DNA from: Acidobacteriota bacterium
Lineage (GTDB): Bacteria > Acidobacteriota > UBA890 > WLXD01
NCBI GenBank assembly: GCA_963666055.2
Contig: CAXWPH010000002.1
Coordinates: forward strand, 1 to 64,000
Reading direction: 5' to 3'
Length of the DNA: 64,000 bases
Part shown: one piece after another, positions 19,986 to 31,429 of the stretch
Layout: every line of letters starts with the position of its first letter
Numbering within the stretch: position 1 is the first letter of the stretch
The notes under the pieces: generated by a model
Seen by the model: the letters and a program-made list of their open reading frames with translations, nothing else
The model's database searches: none
Told to the model about the DNA's origin: nothing
Program-made: the position numbers and the translations under genes

Positions 19986-20734
19986 TGGACGTATTTATTG
20001 GCGCCCTACGATGGGTACACATCGTCCTGGGGTTCATAGGGCTGGCCGCCTGGTGGGTACCAATTTTCACCAAGAAGGGTGGTAAGCGCCACGTAGCCTT
20101 CGGCAAGGTCTTCGCCGTTTGCGCCTACGCGGTGGCGGGCAGCGCGATGATCACGCCGCCGCTGCGGATCGGTGGCGCGCTGGCGGCCGGCGCCTCGTTG
20201 GCCGAGAACACCGCGAGCTTCGGGTTCTTGATCTTTCTGTTCTATCTCGGCACCGTCGCGTTCGCCCTGACTCGCCACGCCATCCAGACGGTGCGCACGC
20301 GGCGCGACCCCGACGCCATTCGCACGCCGTTCCATATTGCTCTGGGGATACTGCCGGCGATAGGTAGCGTGGTGGTGGTGGCCTGGGCAATGCTGTTGTG
20401 GTCGGGTGTGTCGATCATCATGCTGGCGCTGTCGCCGGTGGGCGTCCTGACCAGCCTGCAGATCCTCCGGTACCTCTACCGGCGTCCGACGGAGCGGATG
20501 GCCTGGTTCTATGCCCACATGGGCTCGATGCTCGGCGCTGGGATCGCCTTCCACACGGCGTTCCTGGTGTTTGGCTCGAGGATCCTCTTCGATCTCTCGA
20601 TCCTGGGGCAATTCAACTGGGTGCCGTGGGTGGCACCGGGCATTGTCGGGACGATGGCCAACCGCTATTGGGAGACATACTACCGGCGCAAGTTCGGTGA
20701 TTTGCCGGTCGCCGGCGGTGAGGCACGCGCCTGA
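19982..20734 (+). CDS. DUF2306-like integral membrane protein
   Basis: [22 protein letters not shown], several TM helices, [20 protein letters not shown]; coupled to padR. Confidence 0.7.
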   Translation: MMDVFIGALRWVHIVLGFIGLAAWWVPIFTKKGGKRHVAFGKVFAVCAYAVAGSAMITPPLRIGGALAAGASLAENTASFGFLIFLFYLGTVAFALTRHAIQTVRTRRDPDAIRTPFHIALGILPAIGSVVVVAWAMLLWSGVSIIMLALSPVGVLTSLQILRYLYRRPTERMAWFYAHMGSMLGAGIAFHTAFLVFGSRILFDLSILGQFNWVPWVAPGIVGTMANRYWETYYRRKFGDLPVAGGEARA

Positions 20735-20771
20735 GAGGCGTATTCTCGACGCTGCAAGTAACATTGCAGCG

Positions 20772-23700
20772 ATGGAAAAGCGCATCGAGCCCTACAGTCC
20801 AGCGCACCATGTGCGGGTAGTGACCGCCGCCTCGCTGTTCGATGGCCACGACGTTGCCATCAACATCATGCGGCGCATCCTGCAGGCGTCCGGCGCCGAG
20901 GTGATCCACCTGGGGCACAATCGTTCAGTGGCGGTGATCGTCGACTGCGCCATCCAGGAGGATGCCCAAGCCATCGCCGTGACCTCCTATCAAGGCGGCC
21001 ACCTCGAGTACTTCAAGTACATGGTCGACTTGCTGCGCGATCGCGGCGCCGGTCACATCAAGGTGTTCTGCGGCGGTGGCGGCACGATTCATCCCGCCGA
21101 GATCGAAGAGCTGCACGAGTACGGCGTGGCGCGTGTCTACTCTCCGGACGACGGGCGCACGCTCGGTTTGCAGGGGATGGTCAACGACCTGCTGCGGCAA
21201 AGCGACTTCCCGACGGTGGGGCCTACCTCGAACGGTCACCTCGCAGGATTGGCCGAGCGCAGCCCGAGGCTCATCGGCCAGCTCATCACCATGGTGGAGA
21301 ACTATCCGGAGGCCGCCACCCGGCTGCAGCCGGTACTGCAGTCGATGGTCGAGGAGCGCGCCGTGCCGGTGCTGGGTATCACCGGTCCCGGCGGCGCCGG
21401 AAAGTCTTCGCTGGTCGACGAGCTGGTGCGGCGCTTCTTGCTTGCCTCCGACGACACCACCGTCGCGGTGGTCTCGGTCGACCCTTCCAAGCGCCGCAGC
21501 GGAGGTGCGCTGCTGGGTGATCGCATCCGCATGAACGCGATCGATAGCGATCGCGCCTACATGCGCTCGCTGGCGACACGCCAGTCCAACCTGGCGCTCT
21601 CCAAGCACGTGCGGCAGGCGCTCCAAATCTGTCGCGCGGCCGGGTTCGATCTCATCATTCTGGAGACCTCGGGCATCGGCCAGTCAGACACCGAGATCAC
21701 TGATCATGCCGATGTTTCGGTCTACGTGATGACGGCGGAGTACGGCGCCGCGACGCAGCTCGAGAAGATCGACATGCTCGACTTCGCCGACGTCATCGCA
21801 ATCAATAAATTCGACAAGCGCGGCTCACTCGATGCGTTGCGCGATGTTCGCAAGCAGTACAAGCGTAACCACGAGCTGTTCGAAACTCCCGACGAGGAGC
21901 TTCCTGTCTACGGCACCATCGCCTCGCAGTTCAACGAACCCGGCATGAACCGGCTGTATTGCGTGTTGATGAGCAAGCTGGCGGATAGAGGTGGCGAGCT
22001 GCCGCAGCTGGACCTTGAGGGGCTTGCCGCGATCGGCGACAAGGCGCTCATCATTCCTCCGGACCGCGTTCGCTACCTCGCCGAGATCGCCGAGGATAGC
22101 GACGCCTACGCGGCGTTCGTCGACGAGCAGGCGGCGATCGCCAGCAGGCTGTATCAACTGCACGGCGCCATCGAGCAGCTACGCTCCGACGGCCCCGTCG
22201 CGACCGATCCCGTGCAGGAGCTCATCGACCGTCACGATGCCCTCGAGGAGCAGTTAGATGCGGGCTGCCGGCGCCTGCTGCGCGAGTGGCCCGCCACCCA
22301 GGAGCGATACCGCGCCGACGTGTACCAGTACAAGGTGCGCGACGAGGTCATCGAGCGTTCGCTGTTCACCGAATCGCTATCCCACCTGCGAGTCCCGAAG
22401 GTCTCGCTGCCCACCTACCGGGACTGGGGCGATGTGCTGCGCTGGCTGCTCATGGAGAATGTGCCCGGTGAGTTTCCCTTTGCCGCCGGGGTCTTCTCGC
22501 TGAAGCGCACCGAGACCGAAGATCCGGCGCGGATGTTCGCCGGCGAAGGAGGCCCGGAGCGCACCAACCACCGGTTCCATTACCTCTCCCACGGGATGCC
22601 GGGGCGGCGACTCTCGACCGCTTTCGATTCCGTCACCCTGTACGGCGAGGATCCCGACCCACGCCCCGACATTTACGGCAAGGTCGGCAATTCCGGTGTC
22701 AGCCTCTGCACCGTCGACGATGCCAAGAAGCTCTACTCCGGGTTCGATTTGCTCGACCCGGCGACCTCCGTGTCGATGACGATCAACGGCCCGGCGCCTA
22801 TGTTGCTGGCATTCTTCCTCAACGCTGCCATCGATCAGCAGTGCGAGCTGCACATCAAGCGCCAGGGGCTCGAGGCCGAGGTCGAAGAGAAGATCGGTGA
22901 GATCTACGCTGCCAAGGAAGCCCCGCGCCCCGCCTATCAAGGGGAGCTGGCCGAGCATAGCGACGGCCTGGGACTAGCGCTTCTCGGCGTCAGCGGCGAC
23001 GAAGTGCTGGAACAGGAAACCTACGAGCGCATCAAGGCCGACACTCTGCGCGGCGTCCGCGGCACCGTCCAGGCCGACATCCTCAAGGAGGACCAGGCGC
23101 AGAACACCTGCATCTTCTCGACCGAGTTCGCGCTGCGGATGATGGGCGACATCCAGCAGTACTTCATCGACAACGAGATGCGTAACTTCTACTCGGTCTC
23201 GATCTCCGGGTATCACATGGCCGAAGCCGGGGCGAACCCGATCAGCCAGCTGGCGTTCACGCTCTCCAACGGCTTCACCTTTGTCGAGTACTACCTGTCG
23301 CGCGGCATGGCGATCGACGACTTCGCCCCCAACCTGTCGTTTTTCTTCTCCAACGGCATGGACCCCGAGTATTCGGTCATGGGACGGGTGGCGCGGCGCA
23401 TCTGGGCCAAGGCGATCAGGCGCAAGTACGGCGGCAACGACCGCTCGCAGAAGCTCAAGTACCACATCCAGACGTCGGGCCGATCGCTGCACGCGCAGGA
23501 GATCGCCTTCAACGACATCCGCACCACGTTGCAGGCGCTCCACGCCATCTACGACAACTGTAACTCGCTGCACACCAACGCCTACGACGAGGCGTTGACG
23601 ACGCCGACCGCCGAGAGCGTGCGCCGGGCGCTGGCCATCCAGCTGATCATCAACAAGGAGCTCGGCCTGGCGCGCAACGAGAACCCCCTGCAAGGGTCGT

Positions 23701-24158
23701 TCATCATCGATGAGCTCACCGATCTGGTGGAGCAGGCGGTGCTGCAGGAGTTCCGCAACATCTCGGAGCGCGGTGGAGTGCTGGGCGCCATGGAGCGCAT
23801 GTATCAGCGCTCCAAGATCCAGGAAGAGTCGCTCTACTACGAGAGCCTCAAGCACAGCGGCGAGCTGCCGATCGTCGGGGTAAATACCTTCCTCGACGAG
23901 GATGGCTCGCCGACGATCATTCCCGACGACGTCTTCCGCTCCACTACCGAGGAGAAGGAATACGCCATCGCCTCGCGCCAGGCTTTCCAGGAGCGCAACA
24001 GCACGGTGTCGGGTGCCGCGCTCGAGAACCTGCAGCGCATCGCGGTCGAAGCTGGCAACATCTTCGACGCGCTGATGGAGGCTGCCAAGGTCTGCAGTCT
24101 GCGCCAGCTCACCGGGGCGATGTACGAGGTTGGCGGGCAGTACCGGCGGAACATGTAG
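20772..24158 (+). CDS. icmF: Fused isobutyryl-CoA mutase / MeaI GTPase
   Basis: N-terminal B12 domain FDGHD, GTPase GPGGAGKS and NKFD, mutase barrel with RMFAGEG (Phe in the specificity position), C-terminal VGGQYRRNM. Confidence 0.93.
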   Translation: MEKRIEPYSPAHHVRVVTAASLFDGHDVAINIMRRILQASGAEVIHLGHNRSVAVIVDCAIQEDAQAIAVTSYQGGHLEYFKYMVDLLRDRGAGHIKVFCGGGGTIHPAEIEELHEYGVARVYSPDDGRTLGLQGMVNDLLRQSDFPTVGPTSNGHLAGLAERSPRLIGQLITMVENYPEAATRLQPVLQSMVEERAVPVLGITGPGGAGKSSLVDELVRRFLLASDDTTVAVVSVDPSKRRSGGALLGDRIRMNAIDSDRAYMRSLATRQSNLALSKHVRQALQICRAAGFDLIILETSGIGQSDTEITDHADVSVYVMTAEYGAATQLEKIDMLDFADVIAINKFDKRGSLDALRDVRKQYKRNHELFETPDEELPVYGTIASQFNEPGMNRLYCVLMSKLADRGGELPQLDLEGLAAIGDKALIIPPDRVRYLAEIAEDSDAYAAFVDEQAAIASRLYQLHGAIEQLRSDGPVATDPVQELIDRHDALEEQLDAGCRRLLREWPATQERYRADVYQYKVRDEVIERSLFTESLSHLRVPKVSLPTYRDWGDVLRWLLMENVPGEFPFAAGVFSLKRTETEDPARMFAGEGGPERTNHRFHYLSHGMPGRRLSTAFDSVTLYGEDPDPRPDIYGKVGNSGVSLCTVDDAKKLYSGFDLLDPATSVSMTINGPAPMLLAFFLNAAIDQQCELHIKRQGLEAEVEEKIGEIYAAKEAPRPAYQGELAEHSDGLGLALLGVSGDEVLEQETYERIKADTLRGVRGTVQADILKEDQAQNTCIFSTEFALRMMGDIQQYFIDNEMRNFYSVSISGYHMAEAGANPISQLAFTLSNGFTFVEYYLSRGMAIDDFAPNLSFFFSNGMDPEYSVMGRVARRIWAKAIRRKYGGNDRSQKLKYHIQTSGRSLHAQEIAFNDIRTTLQALHAIYDNCNSLHTNAYDEALTTPTAESVRRALAIQLIINKELGLARNENPLQGSFIIDELTDLVEQAVLQEFRNISERGGVLGAMERMYQRSKIQEESLYYESLKHSGELPIVGVNTFLDEDGSPTIIPDDVFRSTTEEKEYAIASRQAFQERNSTVSGAALENLQRIAVEAGNIFDALMEAAKVCSLRQLTGAMYEVGGQYRRNM

Positions 24159-24183
24159 CGCGTGCGGCGCGCACTGTAGCAAG

Positions 24184-24912
24184 GTGCGGATCGCCTGCTT
24201 CAACATGCGGGCCGGGGGATCGGTGGGCCATTGGCAGCAGATGATCGATCGGCTCGCCCCCGACTTCGCGCTGGTGCAGGAGACGCGCGATCCTCGGGAG
24301 CTTGCACGAGAGCTCGGGGTTCCCCGGAATCGCCTCCTGTGGGCGCCGGTCGAGCACGGCAAGTGGGGTACGGCGCTGTTGGTGCCGCGCCGGCCGCGTC
24401 GGCTGCTGCCGATCCCGGGTTTCGAAGGCTGGGCGTTCGGGGCCGAGGTGACAGCGTGGCCGCGGCGGCCGCCGCTGCACGTTTACAGCGTGCACATGCC
24501 GGCGCGGCGGATCAGCTACGTGCGCGAGGCCAACGCGATGCTCGACGGCATCGTGGCGCAGTCGGCCGGCGCCGACCTGGTAATCGGAGGCGATTTCAAC
24601 CTGACGGTGGCGCATCGAGCAGCGGGGGAATGGCGGACGAACAGTCGCGCCGAGCAGCGCTTCCTGGAGCGGACGGAGAACGAGCTCGGGCTGATCAATA
24701 CCTGGCGCGCGTTGCACCCGGGGGAGCCGCTACCACAGACGCTGCGCTGGACGCGTGAGCCGATGACGCCCTACCACTGCGACGAGATCCTGGTGCCGGA
24801 ACGCTGGGCTCCCTCGATACAGACTGCCGAGGTGCACGCCGGCGATGAATGGGACCATCTCAGCGACCACAACCCGGTCAGCGTCGCCATCGGGCGCCCG
24901 CCGGTTCGGTGA
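24184..24912 (+). CDS. Endonuclease/exonuclease/phosphatase family protein
   Basis: RIACFN, DFALVQE, GGDFN, HCDEI, SDHNPV. Confidence 0.87.
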   Translation: MRIACFNMRAGGSVGHWQQMIDRLAPDFALVQETRDPRELARELGVPRNRLLWAPVEHGKWGTALLVPRRPRRLLPIPGFEGWAFGAEVTAWPRRPPLHVYSVHMPARRISYVREANAMLDGIVAQSAGADLVIGGDFNLTVAHRAAGEWRTNSRAEQRFLERTENELGLINTWRALHPGEPLPQTLRWTREPMTPYHCDEILVPERWAPSIQTAEVHAGDEWDHLSDHNPVSVAIGRPPVR

Positions 24913-25074
24913 GGCGATTCCGCCCGGACGTGCCCTCGAGGGTCACGCCATCCTGGACACCCTGGCCTGGCTCTCGATCGACCGTTGACAGTGCCCCGAG
25001 GTCGATGGAAGGATGCGAGGGCTACGGGTATGTGCCCGTGAGTTCCGCTTCCGGATCGAGACGAGGAGGGAGCC

Positions 25075-25902
25075 ATGGAGGTCGATCGCAGAGCGTTTCT
25101 TGCCACCCTGGGCGTCGGAGCGGTGGAGCTCATGTCGCCCGAGGACAAGGCCGAAGAGCTCGAGCACTACATGATGGAGCAGCTCGATCACGCGGTCGCC
25201 GAGCGCGCCGGCGTCGAAGGTTCGGTGCTCTACATGCCCGATGGCGAGGCGGTGGCGGTTGCCGAGCTGCAGCAGCAGGACGAGCTCCGGGCGCCGCGAG
25301 GTACAGGCAGCCTGTTCATGCCGCGTGCCGAACCGTTCGCACCCATGTCAGACAAGCCGACGCTGGCGGAGTTCTTCGAGAAGCGCTTCGCACCCGCCAA
25401 CCATGTGCTACAGAGCGCCAATCACGCGCTCACGACCGGGCAGCCGGAGCACACGGTTCTGGCGTGCTTGCTCCACGACGTGGTGTTGAACCTGATCAAA
25501 GTCGACCACGGCTGGTGGGGCGCGCAGCTCATGGAGCCGTACGTCGAGGAGCGCATCAGCTGGGGCATCCGCTACCACGCCCCGCTGCGCTTCTACGCCG
25601 ACGAGAGCGTCGGCTACGAGTACCCGGAGATGTATAACCGGATCTTCGGCGAGGACTACGTCCCCGAACCGTACATCGCGCAGGCCTACGAGTACGCGCG
25701 GGCGCACCCGCTGTATATGGACGCTCGCATGATCACGGTCAACGATACCTACGCGTTTGACCGCGACGCGGAGGTGTCGATCGATCCGTTCATCGACATC
25801 ATCGGACGCCATTTCAAGCAGCCGAAGGAAGGGCTGGGATACGACAACAGCCCGTCTGCCCACATGTGGCGCACGATCGCCTACCCGAACCGGCCGCTTT
25901 AG
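25075..25902 (+). CDS. HD-superfamily metalloprotein (PhnZ/TmpB-like spacing) with twin-Arg-like N-terminus
   Basis: NHVLQSA...ACLLHD...DHGWWGA...IRYH...VND; N-terminal DRRAFL; GAGGAG RBS. Confidence 0.65.
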   Translation: MEVDRRAFLATLGVGAVELMSPEDKAEELEHYMMEQLDHAVAERAGVEGSVLYMPDGEAVAVAELQQQDELRAPRGTGSLFMPRAEPFAPMSDKPTLAEFFEKRFAPANHVLQSANHALTTGQPEHTVLACLLHDVVLNLIKVDHGWWGAQLMEPYVEERISWGIRYHAPLRFYADESVGYEYPEMYNRIFGEDYVPEPYIAQAYEYARAHPLYMDARMITVNDTYAFDRDAEVSIDPFIDIIGRHFKQPKEGLGYDNSPSAHMWRTIAYPNRPL

Positions 25903-26084
25903 CACCCTGCTAGAGACCTCCGGACGCTCGTGTGACATGCAGGGGCACGGCCGGTGCCGCTCCTCTGTCTGACTGTGCGCGTGTGGCCGACTCTGCAGAG
26001 CGGTTTCTTTGACGCCGTGGCAGCGCTGCTCTATGTTGCCGGGCGCCAACCGCGAGAACACCAGGATCCGACACGAGGGCTTGC

Positions 26085-27302
26085 ATGGGCATCAACAAGC
26101 AATTCTCTGGCTACCGCTCGTTCGACTACCTGAAGACCACACGCGATTTCCGCGAGTTCGAGCTCGTCGAGGGCCATTGCAAGGATGAGCCGTACTTGCT
26201 GCCGCTGGCGGCCGAGCAGGAGGCTCGCGTCGAGGATCTGGCCGAGCGGCTGCTGATGATCTCGCTCCATGAGCATCCCCACTACTTTCCGGCTGCTCTC
26301 GACGAGATGATGGCGTACGACCGCGAGGCCCGCGTGTACACGGCCTACGAGGCGCTGGGCGATTCGTACTGGGACTGCGTCTTCGATAATTTCCTCGACG
26401 GCAGCGCCATCATCACCTCCAAGAGCGGCTGGAAGTGGGACGACGTCCTCTACGACATGGGCATGCGCCTTTGCGATCTCGCCCATCAGGACTTCATCAT
26501 CCGTTGCGAAGTTGTTGACGATATCCACCGTGCGCACCGCGAGGGACGTATTGCGCTGGTGCCGGCGCAGGAGGGTGCGGCGATGATCGAGAACGAGCTC
26601 GACCGCATCGAGATCCTCTACGGCTTCGGGCTGCGCGTGCTCGGCATCTGCTACAGCGAGTCGAATGCGCTCGGTACCGGCCTCAAGGAAGTCCGGGACG
26701 GCGGTCTCACCGCCTTCGGCAAGCGTGCCGTGGCACGCATGAACGAGGTCGGGATGGCGATCGACTGTGCCCACGCCAGCGATCAAACGACACTCGATAC
26801 GGTCGAGGCGAGCAGCAAGCCGATTTTCCTGACCCACACCGGGGCACGGGCCCTGTGGGATATCAAGCGGCTTGCTCCCGACGAGGTCATCAAGGCGGTC
26901 GCCGGCAAGGGCGGCGTGATCGGCATCGAGGCAGCGCCGCACACGACGATCACCGAGCGGCACCCGCGGCACGACATCGAATCGTTCATGGAGCACTTCG
27001 AGTATGTCAGGGACCTCGTCGGAGTCGACCACGTCGCCTTCGGACCCGACACCCTCTGGGGCGATCATGTCGGCGTGCACAAGGTTTATGCGAATTTGTT
27101 GTCGATCGATGCTTCCCACGAGGGCGGCAAGTCGTCCGGCCCCAGCCACGAGATGGTGGAGTACGTGCGCGGCATCGAGAACCCCACCGAGGGTTCCAAG
27201 AACATCCTGCGCTGGCTGGTGCAGCACGAGTGCGCCGAGGAGGACGTCGCGAAGGTGATGGCCGGAAATATCCTGCGGGTTCTGGGAGAGGCATGGCAGT
27301 GA
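26085..27302 (+). CDS. Membrane dipeptidase (M19 family)
   Basis: SLHEH, AQEGA, DGGLTAFGKRAVARMNEVGMAIDCAH, THTGA, GVDHVAFGPD. Confidence 0.9.
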   Translation: MGINKQFSGYRSFDYLKTTRDFREFELVEGHCKDEPYLLPLAAEQEARVEDLAERLLMISLHEHPHYFPAALDEMMAYDREARVYTAYEALGDSYWDCVFDNFLDGSAIITSKSGWKWDDVLYDMGMRLCDLAHQDFIIRCEVVDDIHRAHREGRIALVPAQEGAAMIENELDRIEILYGFGLRVLGICYSESNALGTGLKEVRDGGLTAFGKRAVARMNEVGMAIDCAHASDQTTLDTVEASSKPIFLTHTGARALWDIKRLAPDEVIKAVAGKGGVIGIEAAPHTTITERHPRHDIESFMEHFEYVRDLVGVDHVAFGPDTLWGDHVGVHKVYANLLSIDASHEGGKSSGPSHEMVEYVRGIENPTEGSKNILRWLVQHECAEEDVAKVMAGNILRVLGEAWQ

Positions 27303-27538
27303 GCCGGGCCGGTGACGAGGTCCCGGCGGTGGCGGCGCCGGCAACGCTGCAGCGGCCGAGGTTGCCACGCGTCTCGATCGCGTTGATGGTTGTCTTTCTG
27401 GTCGGCGGCAGCCTCGGGCTGCTTGTCGACTGGCCCCCCGGTCCCGCCAATCTCGACTGGGGCGTGTGGATCCTCGTTTACGGCGGCTACCTGTACGTGA
27501 TCGCGGCGTCGCTCTTCTACGTCAAGACGGGGCGTTAG
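27299..27538 (+). CDS. Small two-TM membrane protein preceding the symporter
   Basis: GTG overlaps the dipeptidase stop; two hydrophobic stretches; position typical of SSS accessory subunits. Confidence 0.6.
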   Translation: MSRAGDEVPAVAAPATLQRPRLPRVSIALMVVFLVGGSLGLLVDWPPGPANLDWGVWILVYGGYLYVIAASLFYVKTGR

Positions 27539-27547
27539 TCAGCCGAT

Positions 27548-29020
27548 ATGAGCATCACCGCCCAGTACACGCTGATCCTGATCGTGTACTTCGCCGGCCT
27601 GATGGGGCTCGGCGTCTGGTCGAATCGTCGGACGCGCTCGCGCACCGACTACTTCCTGGCGCGCGGCAAGCTGGGTGCGGGCACCATCGGCTTCTCCTAC
27701 TCGGCGACCCAGATGAGCGGCAGCTCCTACATGGGGGGCATCGGTGCAGAGCGCGTGCTCGGGTACAACTTCTCGCCTGCCGGGGTCACGTCGGCCGCAG
27801 CTCCCTGGTTCACGTACGTACTGGTTGGTGATCGGTTGCGGCGTATCGCCAGCCGCATGAAGTGCACGACGATCATCGATGTGTTCGAGGCGCGCTACTA
27901 CAGCAGAACGGTCAGCCTGACGGCGACCGCCATCATGCTGGTGGCCTTCGTTCCGCTGATTGCGGCGCAGCTCAAGGCGGCGGGGAACGTCTTCGAGGTG
28001 TTTCTCGGCCTGCCCTATCTCGCCGGGCTCTTCGTCTTTGGTGGCATCGTGGTGCTGTATACGGTGTTGGGGGGAATGCAGGCGGTGGCCTGGACCGACC
28101 TGATCCAGGGAACGATCATGATTTTCGGCTTTGCCCTGCTGTCGCCGATGGCGGTCAATGCGGCGGGTGGGTTCTCCGAGATGCACCGTCGCTACGGGGA
28201 GATCAACCCGGAGGCGATCTCGTTCCTGGGTGCGATGCCGGCGCTGTGGGTGGTTTCGTCGTTCCTCGTCTGGGGGTTCTTCCAGATCGGCGGGGCGCCC
28301 GCGGCGGTGACTCGATTCCTGATTCCGGAGGATGACCGTACGCTCAAGAGAGCGATGGTGTACTCGGTGACGTTCTCCTGCTTCATCTATGTCAACGCCA
28401 CGATCATCGCCATCGCCGCAGGGGTCTTGCTGCCGACCCTCGACCAGCCGGATCTGGCCTTGCCGCTGCTGGTGTCGGACCTGTTGCCGCCGATCATCGG
28501 CGGGTTGATCGTCGCGGCGGTGCTCGGCGCCACTATGTCGACCATCGACTCGGTGTTGCTGCTGGCGGGATCGCTGGTGGTCGAGAACGTCTACATTCCG
28601 CTCTCGCGGCGCGAAGTCGACGCGGCGGAGGGACTGAGGGTGGCGCGCGCCGCCACCTTGGCGCTCGGTATCATCGCCCTGCTGATGGCGATCGATCCGC
28701 CGGCAGCGATTCTCTGGATCGTCACCATGGGCTTCAGCCTGATGGCGTCGGCGTTCACCTTCCCGTTGTTGCTCGGACTCTGGTGGCCGCGCGCCACGCG
28801 CGAGGGAGCTCTTGCCGGCATGATCGGCGGCTCGATCGTCTGCTTGCTCTGGTACCTCGCCGGCTACGCGGTGTACGGCTCGTTCTCCAACTGGATCGGC
28901 GGCCTGTGGCCGGCGCTGCTTGGGCCGATGGCCTCGCTGCTGTTCGTCGTGACCGTCAGCCGACTGACCCCGCCGCCGCCAGACGAGGTGACCGCACTGT
29001 TCTTCTCCGACACTCCGTAA
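27548..29020 (+). CDS. Sodium:solute symporter (SSS; PutP/PanF-like)
   Basis: DYFLARG, SATQMSGSSYMG, GGMQAVAWTDLIQG, ATMSTIDSVLL, GLWWPRAT; ~13 TM helices. Confidence 0.9.
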   Translation: MSITAQYTLILIVYFAGLMGLGVWSNRRTRSRTDYFLARGKLGAGTIGFSYSATQMSGSSYMGGIGAERVLGYNFSPAGVTSAAAPWFTYVLVGDRLRRIASRMKCTTIIDVFEARYYSRTVSLTATAIMLVAFVPLIAAQLKAAGNVFEVFLGLPYLAGLFVFGGIVVLYTVLGGMQAVAWTDLIQGTIMIFGFALLSPMAVNAAGGFSEMHRRYGEINPEAISFLGAMPALWVVSSFLVWGFFQIGGAPAAVTRFLIPEDDRTLKRAMVYSVTFSCFIYVNATIIAIAAGVLLPTLDQPDLALPLLVSDLLPPIIGGLIVAAVLGATMSTIDSVLLLAGSLVVENVYIPLSRREVDAAEGLRVARAATLALGIIALLMAIDPPAAILWIVTMGFSLMASAFTFPLLLGLWWPRATREGALAGMIGGSIVCLLWYLAGYAVYGSFSNWIGGLWPALLGPMASLLFVVTVSRLTPPPPDEVTALFFSDTP

Positions 29021-29119
29021 GTTTCCGACGATCATCTGTTACAGGCCACCAGAGCGAATGTGTGCGCGACGCGCCGAGTATCGGGTTGGGCGTGTAGTGC
29101 CAGCCGGCTTCATCGTGCT

Positions 29120-29260
29120 CCAACACGGTCAGCGCAGCACCGACCGTCAGAATCACTGCCATGGTGATCTCGGCGACGACGAGAACACGCTGTCCGCGGG
29201 TGCCGGGAGCACTGCCGCCACGATGCCCCACGAAGCCAAGCTCGCGGCGAACGTCTGGCA
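29120..29260 (-). pseudogene. Fragment of an ADOP/MacB-like ABC permease
   Basis: GHRGGSAPGTRGQRVLVVAEITMAVILTVGAAL resembles the LVVAEVALAVVLLVGAGL linker of acidobacterial duplicated orphan permeases; no full ORF. Confidence 0.5.
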
Positions 29261-29365
29261 GCGAGCAGCGAAAGGCGTGCAAGTCTCGGTCCTCGGACAC
29301 TGCTTTGCGCCGGAAAGTGTCAGAATCGTGCTCCATAAGCAGCGGATCGAAGAGCCAGGAGCGTC

Positions 29366-31429
29366 ATGTCGAAGCGTCGGCCCAAGTCGATCTACACGGT
29401 CGAGGACCTCGAAGCCCTCGAGCACCTCGGCGGGTTGCCCGGCGAGCCGCCGTACGTGCGCGGACCGTACGCGTCGATGTACACCGAGCGGCCGTGGACG
29501 ATACGGCAGTACGCCGGCTTCTCGACGGCCGAGGAATCGAACGCCTTCTACCGTCGTAATCTGGCCGCCGGGCAGAAGGGACTGTCGATTGCCTTCGACC
29601 TGCCGACACATCGGGGTTACGACTCCGACCATCCTCGGGTGGGCGGCGATGTGGGCATGGCCGGCGTGGCAATCGATTCGATCCTCGACATGCAGATTCT
29701 CTTCGAGGGCATTCCGCTCGATGAGATGAGCGTGTCGATGACGATGAACGGCGCGGTGCTGCCAGTGCTGGCGCTCTACATCCTCGCCGGGGAGGAGCAG
29801 GGGGTCGCCAAGGACCTGCTGACCGGGACGATCCAGAACGACGTGCTCAAGGAGTTCATGGTTCGCAACACCTACATCTATCCACCGGCGGCGTCGATGC
29901 GCATCGTCGCCGACATCTTCTGCTACACGTCGGAACACATGCCGCGCTTCCACAGCATCTCGGTGTCCGGGTACCACATGCAGGAAGCCGGGGCGACGGC
30001 CGACATCGAGCTCGGCTACACGCTGGCCGACGGTGTCGAGTACGTGCGTATCGGGATCGAGGCTGGCCTCGATGTGGACGCGTTCGCGCCGCGCATCTCG
30101 TTCTTCTTCGGCATCGGTATGAGCTACCACACCGAGGTCGCCAAGTTGCGCGCCGCTCGGTTGCTGTGGAGCCGCCTCATGGAGCAGTTCGAGCCGCAGG
30201 ACCCGCGCTCGTCGTGCCTCCGAACCCACTGCCAGACCTCCGGCTGGTCGCTCACCGCCCAGGACCCATACAACAACATCGTGCGCACGGCGATCGAGGC
30301 GATGGCGGCGGTGCACGGCGGCACGCAGTCGCTTCATACGAACGCGTTCGACGAGGCACTGGGACTTCCCACGGATCTGTCGGCTCGCGTTGCCCGCAAC
30401 ACGCAGCTGGTGTTGCAGCTGGAGAGCGGAATTTGCGACGTTGTCGACCCCTGGGGGGGCAGCTACTTCATGGAGAGCTTGACCAACGAGCTCGCCGAGC
30501 AGGCGATGCAGCACATCGAAGAGGTCGAGGATCTCGGTGGCATGACGCGGGCGATCGAGGCGGGGCTGCCGAAGCTCCGCATCGAGGAATCGGCGGCGCG
30601 CACGCAGGCTCATATCGACACCGGCCAGCAGAAGATCGTCGGTGTCAATGCTCATACCAGCGACGTAGACAGCGCTATCGACGTTCGCTCGATCGACAAC
30701 AGCGAAGTGCTGCGAGCGCAGGTAGAGCGGCTCGGGGTGCTCCGTGCCGAGCGTGACGCCAGCGCGTGTACAGATGCACTCAAAGCGCTGACGCAGGTCG
30801 CTGAAACCGGCCAGGGGAACCTGCTGGAAGCGACCATTGAAGCTGCCCGCGCCCGCGCCAGCGTGGGAGAGATGTCGGCAGCGCTGGAGGAGGTGTTCAC
30901 GCGCCACAAGGCCACCGTGCGTTCGTTCTCGGGCGTATACAGTGCCGCCATGGGCGAGTCTTCCGAGGACGTGCGTGCGGTGCGCGAGCGTGTGGAGGAG
31001 TTCTCGGGCCGCACCGGCCGGCGACCGCGGCTGCTGGTCGCCAAGCTCGGGCAGGACGGTCACGACCGCGGTCAGAAGGTGATTGCCACGGCGCTTTCCG
31101 ACCTGGGCTTCGACATCGATATCGGCCCCCTGTTTCAGACGCCCGGCGAAGTGGCGCGTCAGGCAGTCGAGAACGACGTCCACATCGTCGGCGTGAGCAC
31201 GTTGGCCGCCGGACACCTGACGCTGGTGCCCGAGCTGCGCAGCGAGCTGGAGGGGCTGGGTCGTTCCGACATTCTGGTCGTAGTGGGTGGCGTTGTACCG
31301 CCGCAGGATCACCAAGCCGTGCTAGAGGCAGGAGCGGCGGCCATCTTCGGTCCGGGAACAGTGGTCACCGAAGCCGCAACGCAGCTGCTGGACCAAATCC
31401 AGGGTGCTTTCGACGCTGAGGCTGGTTGA
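29366..31429 (+). CDS. scpA: Methylmalonyl-CoA mutase (B12-binding large subunit)
   Basis: [10 protein letters not shown] (Tyr), [36 protein letters not shown]. Confidence 0.95.
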   Translation: MSKRRPKSIYTVEDLEALEHLGGLPGEPPYVRGPYASMYTERPWTIRQYAGFSTAEESNAFYRRNLAAGQKGLSIAFDLPTHRGYDSDHPRVGGDVGMAGVAIDSILDMQILFEGIPLDEMSVSMTMNGAVLPVLALYILAGEEQGVAKDLLTGTIQNDVLKEFMVRNTYIYPPAASMRIVADIFCYTSEHMPRFHSISVSGYHMQEAGATADIELGYTLADGVEYVRIGIEAGLDVDAFAPRISFFFGIGMSYHTEVAKLRAARLLWSRLMEQFEPQDPRSSCLRTHCQTSGWSLTAQDPYNNIVRTAIEAMAAVHGGTQSLHTNAFDEALGLPTDLSARVARNTQLVLQLESGICDVVDPWGGSYFMESLTNELAEQAMQHIEEVEDLGGMTRAIEAGLPKLRIEESAARTQAHIDTGQQKIVGVNAHTSDVDSAIDVRSIDNSEVLRAQVERLGVLRAERDASACTDALKALTQVAETGQGNLLEATIEAARARASVGEMSAALEEVFTRHKATVRSFSGVYSAAMGESSEDVRAVRERVEEFSGRTGRRPRLLVAKLGQDGHDRGQKVIATALSDLGFDIDIGPLFQTPGEVARQAVENDVHIVGVSTLAAGHLTLVPELRSELEGLGRSDILVVVGGVVPPQDHQAVLEAGAAAIFGPGTVVTEAATQLLDQIQGAFDAEAG

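Noticed and set aside
29021-29365. Cobalamin riboswitch upstream of scpA (or icmF)
   Set aside because: No recognisable B12-box core. This region is better explained as a permease relic, and icmF has only a 37-bp gap upstream.
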